Below are positions 23,001 through 35,469 of a DNA stretch of 64,000 nt, in pieces. Source of the stretch: Rhina ancylostomus (taxonomy: Eukaryota); contig JARFYF010000053.1 in assembly GCA_030265395.1 (NCBI GenBank), positions 15,404,515-15,468,514 on the forward strand, read 5' to 3'. The position numbers and the translations under genes were made by a program. Positions within the stretch are counted from its first letter, which is position 1, and every line of letters starts with the position of its first letter. The notes below the pieces were generated by a model. The model was not told the DNA's origin. It saw nothing but the letters and a program-made list of their open reading frames with translations, and made no database searches.

Positions 23001-24444
23001 CATCAATGTACTGTGGCCTGGACACCAGGAGTTCCCAGGTCCAGTTCTGCTCTTTGCTGAGTTAGTGGATATCAGATACTTATGATCTGCTCGAGCATAG
23101 CATTAAAAATCAGCCCAAACTGATCACAAACAACCCACCTCAATCCAAATTTTCCCATTAGACATAACTGAACCTAACCCAACTTGACCACTGCCATAAG
23201 CATCATTGTCCTGAGGATCCCTTGCTAGACACACAACACATGTTCTCTCTAACCAATACTACAAGCAAGGAGAAACACTTACTAGAATGTGGTTAGTGCA
23301 TTTCAGTATGGTGAAGTCCTGAGCTGGTCCAGGCTGACCTGCCCAGAATCCATGGATATAATGTTTATCAGGCCTGGCCCAACTCAAATCCGACACAGAT
23401 AAATGGGTCCCATTGAGGTCAGGTCAGTAGCCAGGCTCTACCAGCCAGAGATGCAGATGGAGCTACCTTGGTTGTCTTCACTGCTGGACTGGGAAAGAGG
23501 ATGGGCTATATGGAATGAACAGCTGCATCTCCCAATGCTAATTGCTATCCAGCACGTCCTGCTTGAACAGCAGTGCCCATTATCCACAGGTCATGGCTCA
23601 CCGTGCTCGGCTAAAAGGATCTTGCACAGTAATGGTCAGCTGACTCACCATACACTATATTACTTAAATATACTGCACCATAATGAGCCATTCAGCCCAT
23701 CAAACCTCCTGTCAGCTATTTACCACAGTTAACCCTATTCACTTCTCCCTCACTTCCTTTTCAAAATAGAAGGAGACAGTTCCTGGTAACTTACATCAAG
23801 GTCACGATGGCCTGGAACTTTGCATTCTTTCGGGAGAGAAAGAGAGGAAACCAGGAAAGGAGAACAGAAAGAGGAAAAGCTCGGAGAAGCTCTTAATATT
23901 TACACAAATAGAAATCAATAAACAAGCCACTTCAACTCAAGTAGGCACTTGAGTTAAGTGGAAGGTCCCTGGAGTGGAGAACAATTTAAAGAGTTAGAAC
24001 CAGTCTGAGACCTTTAGCAAGTATGGAATCCCTGTGTCTAATCTGAATGATCCATTACCTGCGCACAGCTGTTCCCAGCTGCTGAGCCACTGTCTCCTGA
24101 TCAGAAACATAATCAGCCATGAAAGCCTGTAAGTGTCTCTCTGTAGAAAGCTTTCTATATTCCTGTTCCTTCACGGTGCAGTGTATCACAATGTGACACA
24201 TTGGATTGCCTCAAGGGAATAGAATAGCATAAAATTCAGTTAGCAATTTGTGTATTACAAATTCCAAGGTAAATAGTGGACACTTATTCATGGATAGCAA
24301 ACCCTAGGCGAAGGAAGCACAGTACAGCCTGCTCTGAAAATTTAAATCCTTTGCATCTTTTGCTAACTCTTTCACATTCAGACTTTGCACTGTGGTATAA
24401 AACAGTGCGTTCCTTTGCTCCACTACTTCCAGTAATCATGGTAC

Positions 24445-24800
24445 TATTACAACCTCATGCATACATATTGTGTCTTTTACATTGTATAATATCCCAGAGG
24501 CTTATACAAACAAAGTATAACACTGTGCCAATAGGACTAGTAACCAATAGCTTAGTGAAGGAGATAGGTTTGAAGGCATGTCATAAGGTAGACAGAAATA
24601 GAGGAAATGTGGTTTGGGAAAGGATTATGAGAGGTCAACTGACAAGATGATCACCAATGGTAGAGCCAAGAAACCCATGAGTGCACAAGAAACCAGGACT
24701 GAAGGAATACAGAAATCTTGAAGCATGATTGGCACAGAGGAAGTTATGAACATAGAGCAGTGTGAGGCCATGGAAGGATTTGTACATGAGGATGGGACCA
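24445..24800 (-). mobile_element. L2 LINE 3' end
   Basis: 'acaacctcatgcatacata...atcccagaggc...aaccaatagcttagtgaaggagataggtttgaagg...gaggccatggaaggatttgtacatgagg'. Confidence 0.7.
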
Positions 24801-25739
24801 GGAACCTAGGGGACACACTCAAACTCTGGACTCAGGCACTCAGTGGGAGTGCAGGGCCAANNNNNNNNNNNNNNNNNNNNNNNNNNNNNNNNNNNNNNNN
24901 NNNNNNNNNNNNNNNNNNNNNNNNNNNNNNNNNNNNNNNNNNNNNNNNNNNNNNNNNNNNAGGGCCAAATCGGCAGACAAAGTCTTAATTGTGCTTCTAA
25001 ACATCTCTGCTGTTTAATCTTGTTCAGGTTTGGTTATGATTGTGCTGGAATTAGTCTCACAGCACGACCCAATACAACTTCCAGATCACAGCTAATTCAA
25101 GTAAAAATGTTCAGCAAAATAAATGCAATGCAGCAAAGGTAAGCATCCCTGGAAGACTAGGAATAAATGGTCTTGTACAGTAAATTCACTAGCATGATAC
25201 CATGGATCTAAGATAATGAGGGAGGGGTGCATGGCTTGAAGGAGCAATATTTAGCTTGGAAAGGAATAAAACATTTTCATGTTATTCTGGGATTAGGAAT
25301 TCTGTGTGATGGGAGTGGATGGGAAGTGATCTGGCAGATTGGAATTTAATGCTTCGATCGCTCACTTGCCAGGTCAGGTTTATTCTCTGTGTTGGGCGTG
25401 TTATGGAATAAATGGACTCGAGTTCAAAGTGGTTCTTGCACATCAGGATTGCAGACCAGTTTATGATGGGCAGGCTGTGATCCCACAGGTCTTCTGACCG
25501 CACCCATTTCACATGCATAAAAACAGGTTCTTGGCTTTTAATGTAGTATGCAGGTAAACTAAATATACACTGCCAGCTATACCAGTGAGAAAAGAAAGCT
25601 TCCAGGGACCACGCCTGAAGTACACACTGTTTCAGAGTTAATAGAGTAGCCAGGGGTGGCTGGTCACCCCAGGGCTTAAAATTAATATGAGTGGCACCTG
25701 TGTGCACACACAAATACGCACACCTTGAAGTATGTTCCT

Positions 25740-26180
25740 TGCTGAGTGGTTGGCTTTTTCAGGGCTCATTCAGAAGGTTAAGAATTCATTTCTCACTCTG
25801 GAGACTTGTGCCCATAATCTTGGCTGGCACTCACAGAGTGGTACTGGCAGAGGTACCATCTTTCAGATGAGACATTGAATGAAGGTGCTATTTGAGGGGG
25901 AGCAGGGGAGTTCTAGCTAGTGGAGGCACAAGTGACTGCAGAGGCTGGAATCTGGAACAACAAATAATCTGCTGGAGGAACTCAATGGGTCAAGTAGCAC
26001 CTGTGGGAAGAAAGGAATTGTTTTGGGTCAAAAATCCTGCATCAGGACTCTTTATTAGTTCTAGCTAATATTAGTTCAAGCTAATATTTATTCCACAACT
26101 AATTTCACTAAATTAGATTGCTCACTCAAAAGTACTACATCGGTAGTTGGTGAGGTGTCCTCCAGCCATGAAATATGTTA
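25740..26180 (+). mobile_element. Deu-domain SINE with inserted Penelope-derived fragment (25925-26050)
   Basis: SINE head 'cagaaggtt...ctctggagacttgtgcccataatc', insert 'gcacaagtgactgcagaggctggaatctggaacaacaaataatctgctggaggaactc', SINE resumes 'gttctagctaatatt'. Confidence 0.65.
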
Positions 26181-26229
26181 AAAAGTTCCACTCTCTGTAA
26201 ACATGTTATTTCAAAACTGCTAGCTGTGT

Positions 26230-26660
26230 TCTAATGCATTCCAAGTACTGCTCAGCTCTCACTATTGTGTGTTGACTTGTACTGGCTCCTAGTTCAGCAA
26301 AGAGCTGATTTAAAGATGGTCATTCCTGCCTCAAACTCCCCAAAGTTTCTCTCCTCTCCATCTCTTTGATCTCATCCAGCCCCATAACCCTCCAAGACTA
26401 TCCTGAATTTTGTTGCAACACCACTGTATGTTGTGCCTTCAGTGACCAAGGATCTAATCCATGGAATGTCACCCCCAAATACTTCTGCCTCCCCACCATT
26501 CTTTTCTTTTTTTAAGAGGCTCATTAAAACTTGCCCCTTTGATGAAATCTTTGGTCACCTGCCCAGATATCTCCTTTGGTGACTCAGCACCTGCCTTGTG
26601 AGGAACCGAGGGATGTTTTTGCTGCACAAAAAGTGGCTAAATAGTGGAAATTGTTGAAGT
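26230..26660 (+). mobile_element. L2 LINE 3' end
   Basis: 'tactggctcctagtt...gatttaaagat', 'ctccatctctttgatctcatccagccccataaccctcc', 'tttaagaggctcattaaaac...ctttggtcacctg'. Confidence 0.75.
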
Positions 26661-27629
26661 TATTGTTCTTCTACATGCAAATAGTCTTTTTCTAACGCTT
26701 GCTTAATGCATGCACTACTTTCAAATCCCGCAGAGTAAGTTACATAGCCTCTTTAAGAATGCCACAGTAACGTGTTGACTGGAAAGTGAGGTCACATACT
26801 GCAGATTCCAATTGGGACTGTGGATTTCTGGAATTCCTGGCTCCTGTCAATTACCTACAAACAAAGACACATTCAGAGAATTTTTTTTCCCAGAAAGATG
26901 GGGAGTGGGGATGTTTATGTGAAAAACCATCAGGGTCAGAACCTCTGTACTGAACAAGCATGTCAACAGATCACAGTCTCCAGTGGGCTTCATTCTTGTG
27001 GCCTTTTGTATGAACACTATCAGAGGGACACAGAAACCTGTCAGACTAACTCTCGATAGAGTGGAGAGGAAATCTCGCTGAACACTATGGACCAGGGATT
27101 CTTAGATTTTTGGCAACTCTCTGCACTTGTGCTGGAAAGGAAGAAGATAGAAAAAACATACAACACTGCACTGGATAACTAATACTCTTTTTAAAGGAAC
27201 ACACCTTCCTTTGATTAACTAAGAGCTTTATAGTGAGTGCTAAATCAAAGACTGCATTACAAATACTCTGTGACTTTCCTTCCTTCATTCAGTGTCTAAG
27301 GAGAATTACACACTGCCAACATTGCCATGCAATCGAGTGTAGAGGAAATGATCAAAAGCCCTTCTGAGAGTCAGAGGCAGTGTCAATGCAACAACCGCCT
27401 TCATGGATGTCACCAACATTTGAGAAGAGCCAATGGCATGAATAGGACGCTCATCANNNNNNNNNNGCCATTGCCTTTTGACTGATTTGATGGAAAAGTC
27501 TGGTCCTAGCCAGACAGCAGAGGACAGATTTAGTAGCTGGACGCTTTCACTCAGTCCATGGAGTTTGTGTACATGGGCAGCTTTTGTCTAAACCTAAGTG
27601 CAAATTTCTTGTTGTTGAAGCAAGTTTGT

Positions 27630-27818
27630 ATTTTGGGTCAACAAACAATCTGCAGCAGGAACTCATTGAGTCGAGCAGCATCTGTGGGGGGGAAGAAACT
27701 GTTGATTTTTCGGGTCCAAGTCCTGCATCAAGACTTTCCTCCTTTAGACGGTTGATTTCCTCCAGCATATTGTTAGTTCCTCCAAGTTCCAGTATCTGCA
27801 GTCTCTTGTGTCTCCAAA
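27630..27818. mobile_element. Penelope-derived short element with inverted ends
   Basis: 'caacaaacaatctgcagcaggaactcattgagtcgagcagcatctgtggg' ... 'cctccagcatattgttagttcctccaagttccagtatctgcagtctcttgtgtctc'. Confidence 0.75.
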
Positions 27819-29474
27819 TCTGTATTGTGCCTGATAAGGAAATCAGACACTAACTAACTTCATGTGAGGAAAACTCCCAACTTACTCAAGCCCAACAAAT
27901 GAAGGTAGTGATTGGAAACCCAAATTTATCAGGTTTCTGCTTTGTAGTCAAATCAAACCATGCTGCTTTGCAGCGTAAGATTATAGGAGAAATTGTTTGC
28001 TGTTGCTTGGCCATCCAGAGTCCTAGAGTGCTCACACCTGCAGTATCATCTGAACCATGTGAACAGGTCTAGCCTCCAGACCAGCCCTGGATTACTACAG
28101 CTTTCTCTGAGTTAACAGCTACTTCTTTCTTCGACTAGGAGCTAACTTGCTTCCAAATTCCACTGCAAATATATCATACGGTCGGTCTTTCATGCTTTCT
28201 TATGCTTAAAAGTCACCACTTGCTCATTACAATGTGATAGCTCTTTCAAGGAGCTGGCACCGACACAATGGCCTCCTTTTTGATATAAGATTCTGTGACA
28301 GCTTGAGCTGTCACAAGGTGCACAGGAGATACCTAGAGTTCCTCATGCACAATGCACCTTGAAATGTGGGTGTAAATGACACAATCTACAGGAATACAGA
28401 ACAGGTTTATGTCAAACTCCTCAGAACCTGGCAGAGTTTTAAATATAAGAAAACACTGGGACTAACTTTCACTTCTGTAGAATGGTAACTGACATGGTAT
28501 TGCATTCACATAGGGTGGAGGTGTGACAAACATTTGTTGCATGGAGTGCTAATAACTGGCAATGTCTGCTGAAAGGCCCTTAACACTTTCCTTCATGTGC
28601 TGCACCTTTGCAGAGTGCACAAGTCAACATNNNNNNNNNNNNNNNNNNNNNNNNNNNNNNNNNNNNNNNNNNNNNNNNNNNNNNNNNNNNNNNNNNNNNN
28701 NNNNNNNNNNNNNNNNNNNNNNNNNNNNNNNNNNNNNNNNNNNNNNNNNNNNNNNNNNNNNNNGGAGGAATTTAAGATAGAGGGATAAGTGGGAGGAAGG
28801 GGTTAGATAGTCTTAAGTGTGGTTTGAAGGTCAGCACAACATGGTGGGCAGAAGGACCTGTATTATTCTATGGTTCTATTAAGAATCAAGGGGAAAAGAG
28901 GATTAGTGATTATGGGACAGAAGTCTGCTCAAGGCCTGAGGACTGAGTAGGGGCCAGGGTGAAAGGCTAATCAGTGTTAGTAGTATTGTGGATCATGGTT
29001 GTGGAGGCAGGAGATAGAAGGTGGCATAGGGCCTGATGATATTGGATAATCAATAGATGGGGTGTCAGCTGAGGGTTGTTATCCAGTTGGGGGTTGGTGA
29101 ATACAGTACAAAAGGAGAGCACATAAGAATTAGAACAAAGGGGACCCACTTGAGTTCAGTTGCCAGTGTAGGACTGGGACCTGCTCAGAGAGGCCTCCTT
29201 TAAATTGTTCTAGGATAATGACAACCCATAGTTGTTCAGGGAAGGCCCAATGACAAGTGTGCTTCAGAATAACATGACCTAATTTCAATGCTGTTGCTGT
29301 AAAGGAACCTTGGACTGGGGGTGATGTCATGTTATCTGGGGCTAATGTGAAAAACTCATCATTGGCACAAACAAGATTTGTGACTGCAAGTGATTGGCTA
29401 AACTTGCCACCTGGTGCAAAACTACCCAGAAATTATTACAGTTCTTTCTAGTCTGGAAGTAGCTGGATTTCATT

Positions 29475-30012
29475 CGGATAATTGTGTTCAGTTCTGGTTG
29501 CCTCATTATAGAAAGGATGTGGAAGCTTTAGAGAGGGTGCAGAGAAGATTTACCAGAATGTTGCCTGGATTGGAGAGCATGTCTTATGAGGATAGGTTGA
29601 GCGAGCTAGGCCTTTTCTCTTTGGAGAGGAGGAAGATGAGAGGTGACTTGATAGAGGTGTACAAGATGATAAGAGACATTGATCAAGTGGACAGTCAGAG
29701 ACTTTTTCCCAGGGCGACAATGGCTAACACAAGGGGACATAATTTTAAGGTGATTGGNNNNNNNNNNNNNNNNNNNNNNNNNNNNNNNNNNNNNNNNNNN
29801 NNNNNNNNNNNNNNNNNNNNNNNNNNNNNNNNNNNNNNNNNNNNNNNNNNNNNNNNNNNNNNNNNNNNNNNNNNNNNNNNNNNNNNNNNNNNNNNNNNNN
29901 NNNNNNNNNNNNNNNGAAGAGTTAAAAAGATCTTAGAGCAGAATAAAATGTCAGCACAACATTGTGGGCCGAAGGGCCTGTACTATGCTGTGGTTTTCTA
30001 TGTTCTATGCTC
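29475..30012 (+). mobile_element. Young CR1 LINE 3' end (ORF2 C-terminus intact up to the gap)
   Basis: DNCVQFWLPHYRKDVEALERVQRRFTRMLPGLESMSYEDRLSELGLFSLERRKMRGDLIEVYKM is the canonical CR1 ORF2 C-terminus. Tail 'gggccgaagggcctgtac...ttctatgttctatg'. Confidence 0.95.
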
Positions 30013-30299
30013 TATAGTGCTGTCAAACCAGCAACTGAATAGTTAGGTCAATAACTCTGGTGGAAGTAAAAGTGGGCAGTTATGAAGTGAATGGTCTTTC
30101 ACTATCACCAAGTTTACTCTATTTCACTGTCAACATTATTCCTTTAGTGGGCGAATAGCCTGTTTTGCCAATTAGGGCCCAGGTAGTTCACACTTAATTT
30201 CTGTATGAATATACCCCTTTTCCAGAGGCAATTAATCAGAAGAAAATATTCATCCCTCTTCACTAGAGGTGAACAGAGGATGGTTTATCCCACAGCTGA

Positions 30300-30530
30300 T
30301 TGTGCTCTACTTGACCTGGGAGAGTTTGATGCAGCAGTGTAGCAGAAGTGTTTGGTAGGACAGAGTTGCAAGAATTTTACCCTGTGTCTAACCAATGCTA
30401 CCGCTGTCCTGGATGTGTTTAACAGGACAGTTTAGAGGAAAATTGACTCCACATCAGACTCATTCTGGGGAGTGCTTGATGGGACAATGTGGGAGCTGCA
30501 GTTCCATCTGGGAATCTCTGCATCACCTGC
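30300..30530. repeat. Second cluster of the ~65-bp satellite (further unit near 30820-30880)
   Basis: 'ctgggagagtttgatgcagcagtgtag', 'ttttaccctgtgtctaaccaatgct', 'ggggagtgcttgatgggacaatgtggg'. Confidence 0.65.
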
Positions 30531-31759
30531 CCTTGGACCGAGCCAAGCCCACCAATCACAGGCCCAGGCAGCAGGCCATCAAGGAGCCTGTCTAGACCAA
30601 CTATTTGCTCTCTTCCAAGGTTTCATTCATGCTCACGTGTTTCTGGAGAAGAAACACGTCATGTCCATTGTGGGTCCACAATGTACCTCAAAGATCTGAG
30701 TGCATCCTGGACATCAAGAATAAAGTTTTAATTTAAAAAGAAGACAAATAGAAAAATAACACAAGGGGTCCTGGAGATAAAGATTAAAAAAAGTATGGGA
30801 TGGGGTATAAATTTGTATTATGGCTGCCCTGGGACTGTTTGATGCGTTCTGTGGAGTGAGCTTTACTTTGCAGATGCTTGGCCTTTTACCTGATTTGTGA
30901 GAGAAAGAATGAGGAAGAGTTCTATTTTGAACAGTTAATTTATTCATGAGAATAATCACAAAATAATCACCAAAATGATTCTACCAGCAGCAAGGATATG
31001 AAGAAGTACCTTATTTATTGCTTTAGGTTTGAACCGTCTTGTGTGTAATCTAAGCATCTCTAAATCTGCATTACCTACTACTCCAGTTTAATTGTGAGCA
31101 GAGAAATAATGTCATGAGATGGTCACTTGACCATTTATGAAGCAATGCAAAAAATAATTGTTGACAAGTATTACAATCCACGATTATATCGTCACATTCC
31201 AGCAGAATAAAATGAGAGAAATCCAAAATTGTCACTGATCTTCACAGTAAAAAAAAGCAGCCAGCTGTTTAAATAATGATCATTCATCCTCCACTGTCAC
31301 AATTTGCACACTGATCCATTCAGATTTCAATTCGCCCAGACTGTGAGAATAAAAGAGCCAACAAAAGCAAAATATTGAGTAAATACTTGGCCAACATCTT
31401 GGCCTTCAGTCAAGGTGACCTTTCAATGTGTTGGGCTCAAGTCTCAGAGGTCCTGGAGGTTAAATGGAAAAATGATAATAGGGCTTTCACTTCTGTTAGT
31501 CAAATAGTTCACCTCAAGTAATCATTTGCTAACCTTCATTCTCACTTTGTGTCCCAAAGGTTGATGCCACAGGATTTAATGCTACTCCTACAACAATAAC
31601 AACCTGCATTTACTTAGTAGCTTCCACATAGAATAATCTTACCAGTGCCTGTCACTCTATCACTCACTTGCAAGGAACAGGCAGTAGAGAAAAGAAATCT
31701 GATAATCATTTCTTTTAAATTTAACTTCAAAGTTCAATATTAGGGAGAAAATTATACAG

Positions 31760-32170
31760 GAAAGCTGTGGTTCAATTTCCCACTTGGCACTTGGGAAAAA
31801 GTCTTGTACATAAAGAAAATGATGACTTTACAGATGTGCTCCTTTCAAGGAGATTTAAGCTAATGCCTCATCTGCTCTCTCAAGTGGACAAAATTATTAC
31901 CGGGCACTGGTTTGGGTAACAGAAGGCAGTTCGTCCCAGCGTCTGAAAATATGTTTGTCCACCTGAGAGAGATGAGGCATTAGTTCAAAAGTAAAACAAT
32001 CAGATTATGTGACCATTATCTCATGGGACCTGTGGGATCTTGCTATGTTCAAATTGGCCAATGTGTTTCCTGCAATACAAATGTGACTACACTTCAGAAA
32101 GTAGCTCATTGGTCAAAAAGTACCTTGGCACATTCTGGGTTCATAAAAGATGCCAATGAACAACACATTG
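31760..32170 (+). mobile_element. Deu-domain SINE, degenerate
   Basis: 'gaaagctgtggttcaatttccc', 'gtgggatcttgctatgttcaaattggc', 'gtgactacacttcagaaagta'. Confidence 0.7.
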
Positions 32171-32774
32171 TTTTACCCATCCTTTTGTTGCTCGCCAGAA
32201 CCAAATGGGTCAACTTTATGAAATAATCAGATTGCAAATAGGTCTTCTTCTCTCACTTAACGTACTCAGTTCCAGATTTCAGAATTGGGGAAGAGTCCTC
32301 ATTTTTAGGAAATGGGATCAGGTAGTTACTACCTCTGCCTTAAGGATGGTGTTTTCAGTCAGGGGTTATCCTTCCATCATAGACTGCAAACAAAAACAGA
32401 GAGAAGAAGGAACTACTCTAATATATCTCTGTTGGTTCAGACATGTCGGAACAGATCTGAGCGTTCAACTCACAAAATTTGATCCTGGCTTCAGTTCAAG
32501 GTAAATAGGAGGAAATGTAGGAGTCCAGAGTTTGTGTTTGAGTGAAATATAAACTTTAACAAATTTCACTGATCTTAATCTTGGGTATCATCCAATCACA
32601 CCTACAGGAAGGAAGATTCTGACAGTTGGAAAGGCAAGATGAGGGATGAGTGAACATTTTCAGAATTAAATCAGGCAGAATAAAAAAAAACTATCAACAT
32701 ACATCACACACAGGATCATTTACTGTTCCTATTTAACTACAACATAGGCTCTGTTCATGTACTTTCCAATCATA

Positions 32775-33150
32775 AAACATAAGAAATAGGAGCAGGATTC
32801 AGCATTGCCTATTCCAGTATTCAGTACTATCAATTAACCTTTACAACAGCTGCTCTTTCCTACTTTGAATCCAAATACCTTGATTCCATTAATGTTCAAG
32901 GGAATGTTGACCTCAGCATACTCAATAACTGAGTCCTCTAAGGTCCTCTAAGGCTGAGATTTTCAAAGATCCCCAGGCCTCTCATGAAGGCATTTTTCTT
33001 CATTGCTGTCCAAAATGCTTTATAACGAGACAAAGATTCCCTAGTTTTACATTCTCCAGCCAGGGATCAGCATCTACCCTGTCAGGCCTCTAAGACTTTT
33101 ATATACTTTAGTGACAACAACTCTCATTCTTCAACCTCCTTCAAGGATAG
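32775..33150 (-). mobile_element. CR1 LINE 3' end
   Basis: 'aacataagaaataggagcagga', 'gattttcaaagat', 'tctaccctgtcaggcctctaag'. Confidence 0.8.
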
Positions 33151-33807
33151 GTCTCCACACTGAATGACACTGAAAACAAAATAGTTCTTGTTTTAAGGGA
33201 TCTAAACTAAAAGGCACACATTCCTTCTACAATTCTCCACTGGGCTGTGTATTAGCTTTTTCCCGGTTCTTTTCAACTTGAGTCTGTTTGAAAAATCTTG
33301 CTGCATTGGCCCTCAAGCTAGTGGGACCTGGGCTTGAAGCCAGGCAGACTTACAGAGCAAAAGTCTCCACCCTCTGCTGACTGTGAGAATGCTGTCAACA
33401 GTGACATTGGGACATTTCTCATAGGTTTAGTTTAAAACCCAATGGCTGTAAAACCATGGAGAATTTATCTTTATCCTTGTCTAAAGGAAGAAAAGTGGCA
33501 GGAAGTTGGAGGAGGGGGTAAACATTGCCAGCATGCTTGGGTTTCTGTTTTATTATTTTTAAACCCATTCCTAGCTATCCTGCCAAGGTAATCGATCATT
33601 GTGTGAGCTCCCAGCAGAGGGCCATAATTGCAGACTGTTAAACACTTCACAAAGTGATGCCATGCAAGAGACCAGGTCTGTCACCGTATGTATTCCCCAG
33701 TGCAGAATTTGTCTCACCTCAGGAGACCGGGTCATTTTCTTATCAAGCATGGCTCATTAGTTTATCATATTATGTGCAGATTAACAAGTAAGAATAACAA
33801 AACCAAC

Positions 33808-33981
33808 CTGAACTTGCTGCTGTTGCAAATGCAACAGGTCCACAGGACTCACTTCACCATTTGCATCCCCATTTGAACTACCTTCTCGCCCTCCACCATC
33901 TGACTGGCTACTTAAACTACTAACTCCATTCTGATTGGCTGAAGTGCTTCGTATTGCCTCTGATGCAGACTCCACCATCAT
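33808..33981 (-). CDS. FOXP4: FOXP4 first coding exon (58 codons; exon 33808-33991 including 10 nt of 5'UTR)
   Basis: Translation [58 protein letters not shown] closely resembles the FOXP4 N-terminus ([12 protein letters not shown]...NGEMSPxELLHFQQQQ) and differs from FOXP1/2 (MMQES). Acceptor ccttttTAG|gttttaagccATGATG (AG at 33992-33993), like the FOXP2 arrangement of 10 nt UTR then ATGATG. Best donor CAG|GTTGGT (GT at 33806-33807), phase 0. Confidence 0.93.
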
Positions 33982-34089
33982 GGCTTAAAACCTAAAAAGG
34001 GATAACAGTAAAAAAGAAATAATTAATGATTTCCTGCCTTGCAGTTCAGCACATTCACCATGCATGCAAGTTAAAAATTTCCTGACTAT

Positions 34090-34420
34090 AAATCACAGAA
34101 TCTTATAGCACAGAAAAGTGGTCCTTCAGCCATTAAAAGACCTGCCCAGTTGATCTCAGTCCTCAGCTCTTTTCGCTTATAACCCTTCAAGTATTTAAAA
34201 GTTACTGTTGAATCCCTTTCTGACATTACGTTCCATATCATAACAACCTAGAGTGTAAAATAAATTCTACTCATTTTCTTTTCCGTTCTAATAATCTGAA
34301 AACTGAGTTCTCTGGTCTCTTGCCCTATGCCAGAGGCAATAGTTACTCTTAATTTTATCCTACAGGTAACACCAGTATTATATCTTCCTTGAACCTTCTC
34401 TGCTTTAAGGAGAAGAACCC
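34090..34420 (-). mobile_element. CR1 LINE 3' end, degenerate
   Basis: 'atcacagaatcttatagcacagaaaagtggtccttcagcc', 'taacaaccctagagtgtaaaa', 'aaccttctctgctttaaggagaagaaccc'. Confidence 0.7.
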
Positions 34421-35029
34421 TGTGTTCTTGAGCTAGATGAAGTTCTACAATTGTTGTGGGATTTGCATAAACTTCCTCTATACACTTTCCAAGCTCGTGT
34501 TGCATGGAATCATACCGATCAGAAATCCCATTTTGACTCCCAACTAATCCTGCATTAAGCATTCATCGTTTGGCAGCATTTGGTACTGCTGCCACAGTTG
34601 GATTCTTGAGCCCGACTGCCATCAACTGAATACATGTGTTAAGCATGTCAGAAGGTGAATAAGCAAGGTAAGATCTGATGTCCTCCCCTGGCCTAGCCAC
34701 ATTGATTGCCTTGACTTAATAATTTCTGTTCTCTTCTCACTTTTTGTTGGTGGATTAGATTGAAATAAATTTTTCAGCTGGTAGTAACCTTCTTATGTAT
34801 TTACGATAATTATAAGTGAAACACCTGTGGTAACAGATCATTTGTGGGCTCCTCAAAGTTGCTTCTTCTTTCTATAGCCAATAGCAACAGCTCTCCAGAA
34901 TAATGTAACAGAGCAGTTTTCCACCGGCTCACTAAGTATGTTTCTCAGGATCATATATGCTCAGTGCATAATTTTATGATGTGTTCACCCAGTGAATGAG
35001 AATCAGCACCACTCCCAGAAAAGCCCAGC

Positions 35030-35402
35030 AACAAGCTTCCAGCCTGTTGATAAGGACTCTGAATACTCGTCTGGATTCTCTGGGAATTAAAAGCTGATGT
35101 CCAGGATGTAGGTCCGAGTAACATCCGGGGGGAAGAAAAAAAATCAGGGCATTAAAAAAAGTGATTTTATTACATTTTCTTTCAATACTTCAGTTTTACA
35201 GAAAATGCATGATCTAAAAAAATATTGTCTGATGGGTAAACCAGTATTATCCAGCTGAGGAATGGAGAGTAGGCTCACTATCTGATTTGTATGTCGAGGG
35301 AGTACACCATGAAGATTGACATGTTTGTTTGACCAGTTAGGGATGGGGTGAGGTCAAGTGATGAAACCTCCATGAATATGCCAAACCAGAGTTGGCATCC
35401 CT
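35030..35402 (-). mobile_element. Non-autonomous hAT-like DNA element (partial copy in opposite orientation at 37878-37985)
   Basis: End 'gtgatgaaacctccatgaatatgccaaaccagagttggcatccct' is the reverse complement of 'ggttgctaactctggctagacaaattcctggaggtttcac' at 37879. Confidence 0.6.
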
Positions 35403-35469
35403 GCTGCCGACACTTTTACAAGCTATTAGTAGGTCAGTCTGACCATGATCTTGGGCAGGAGTCAAGAAT

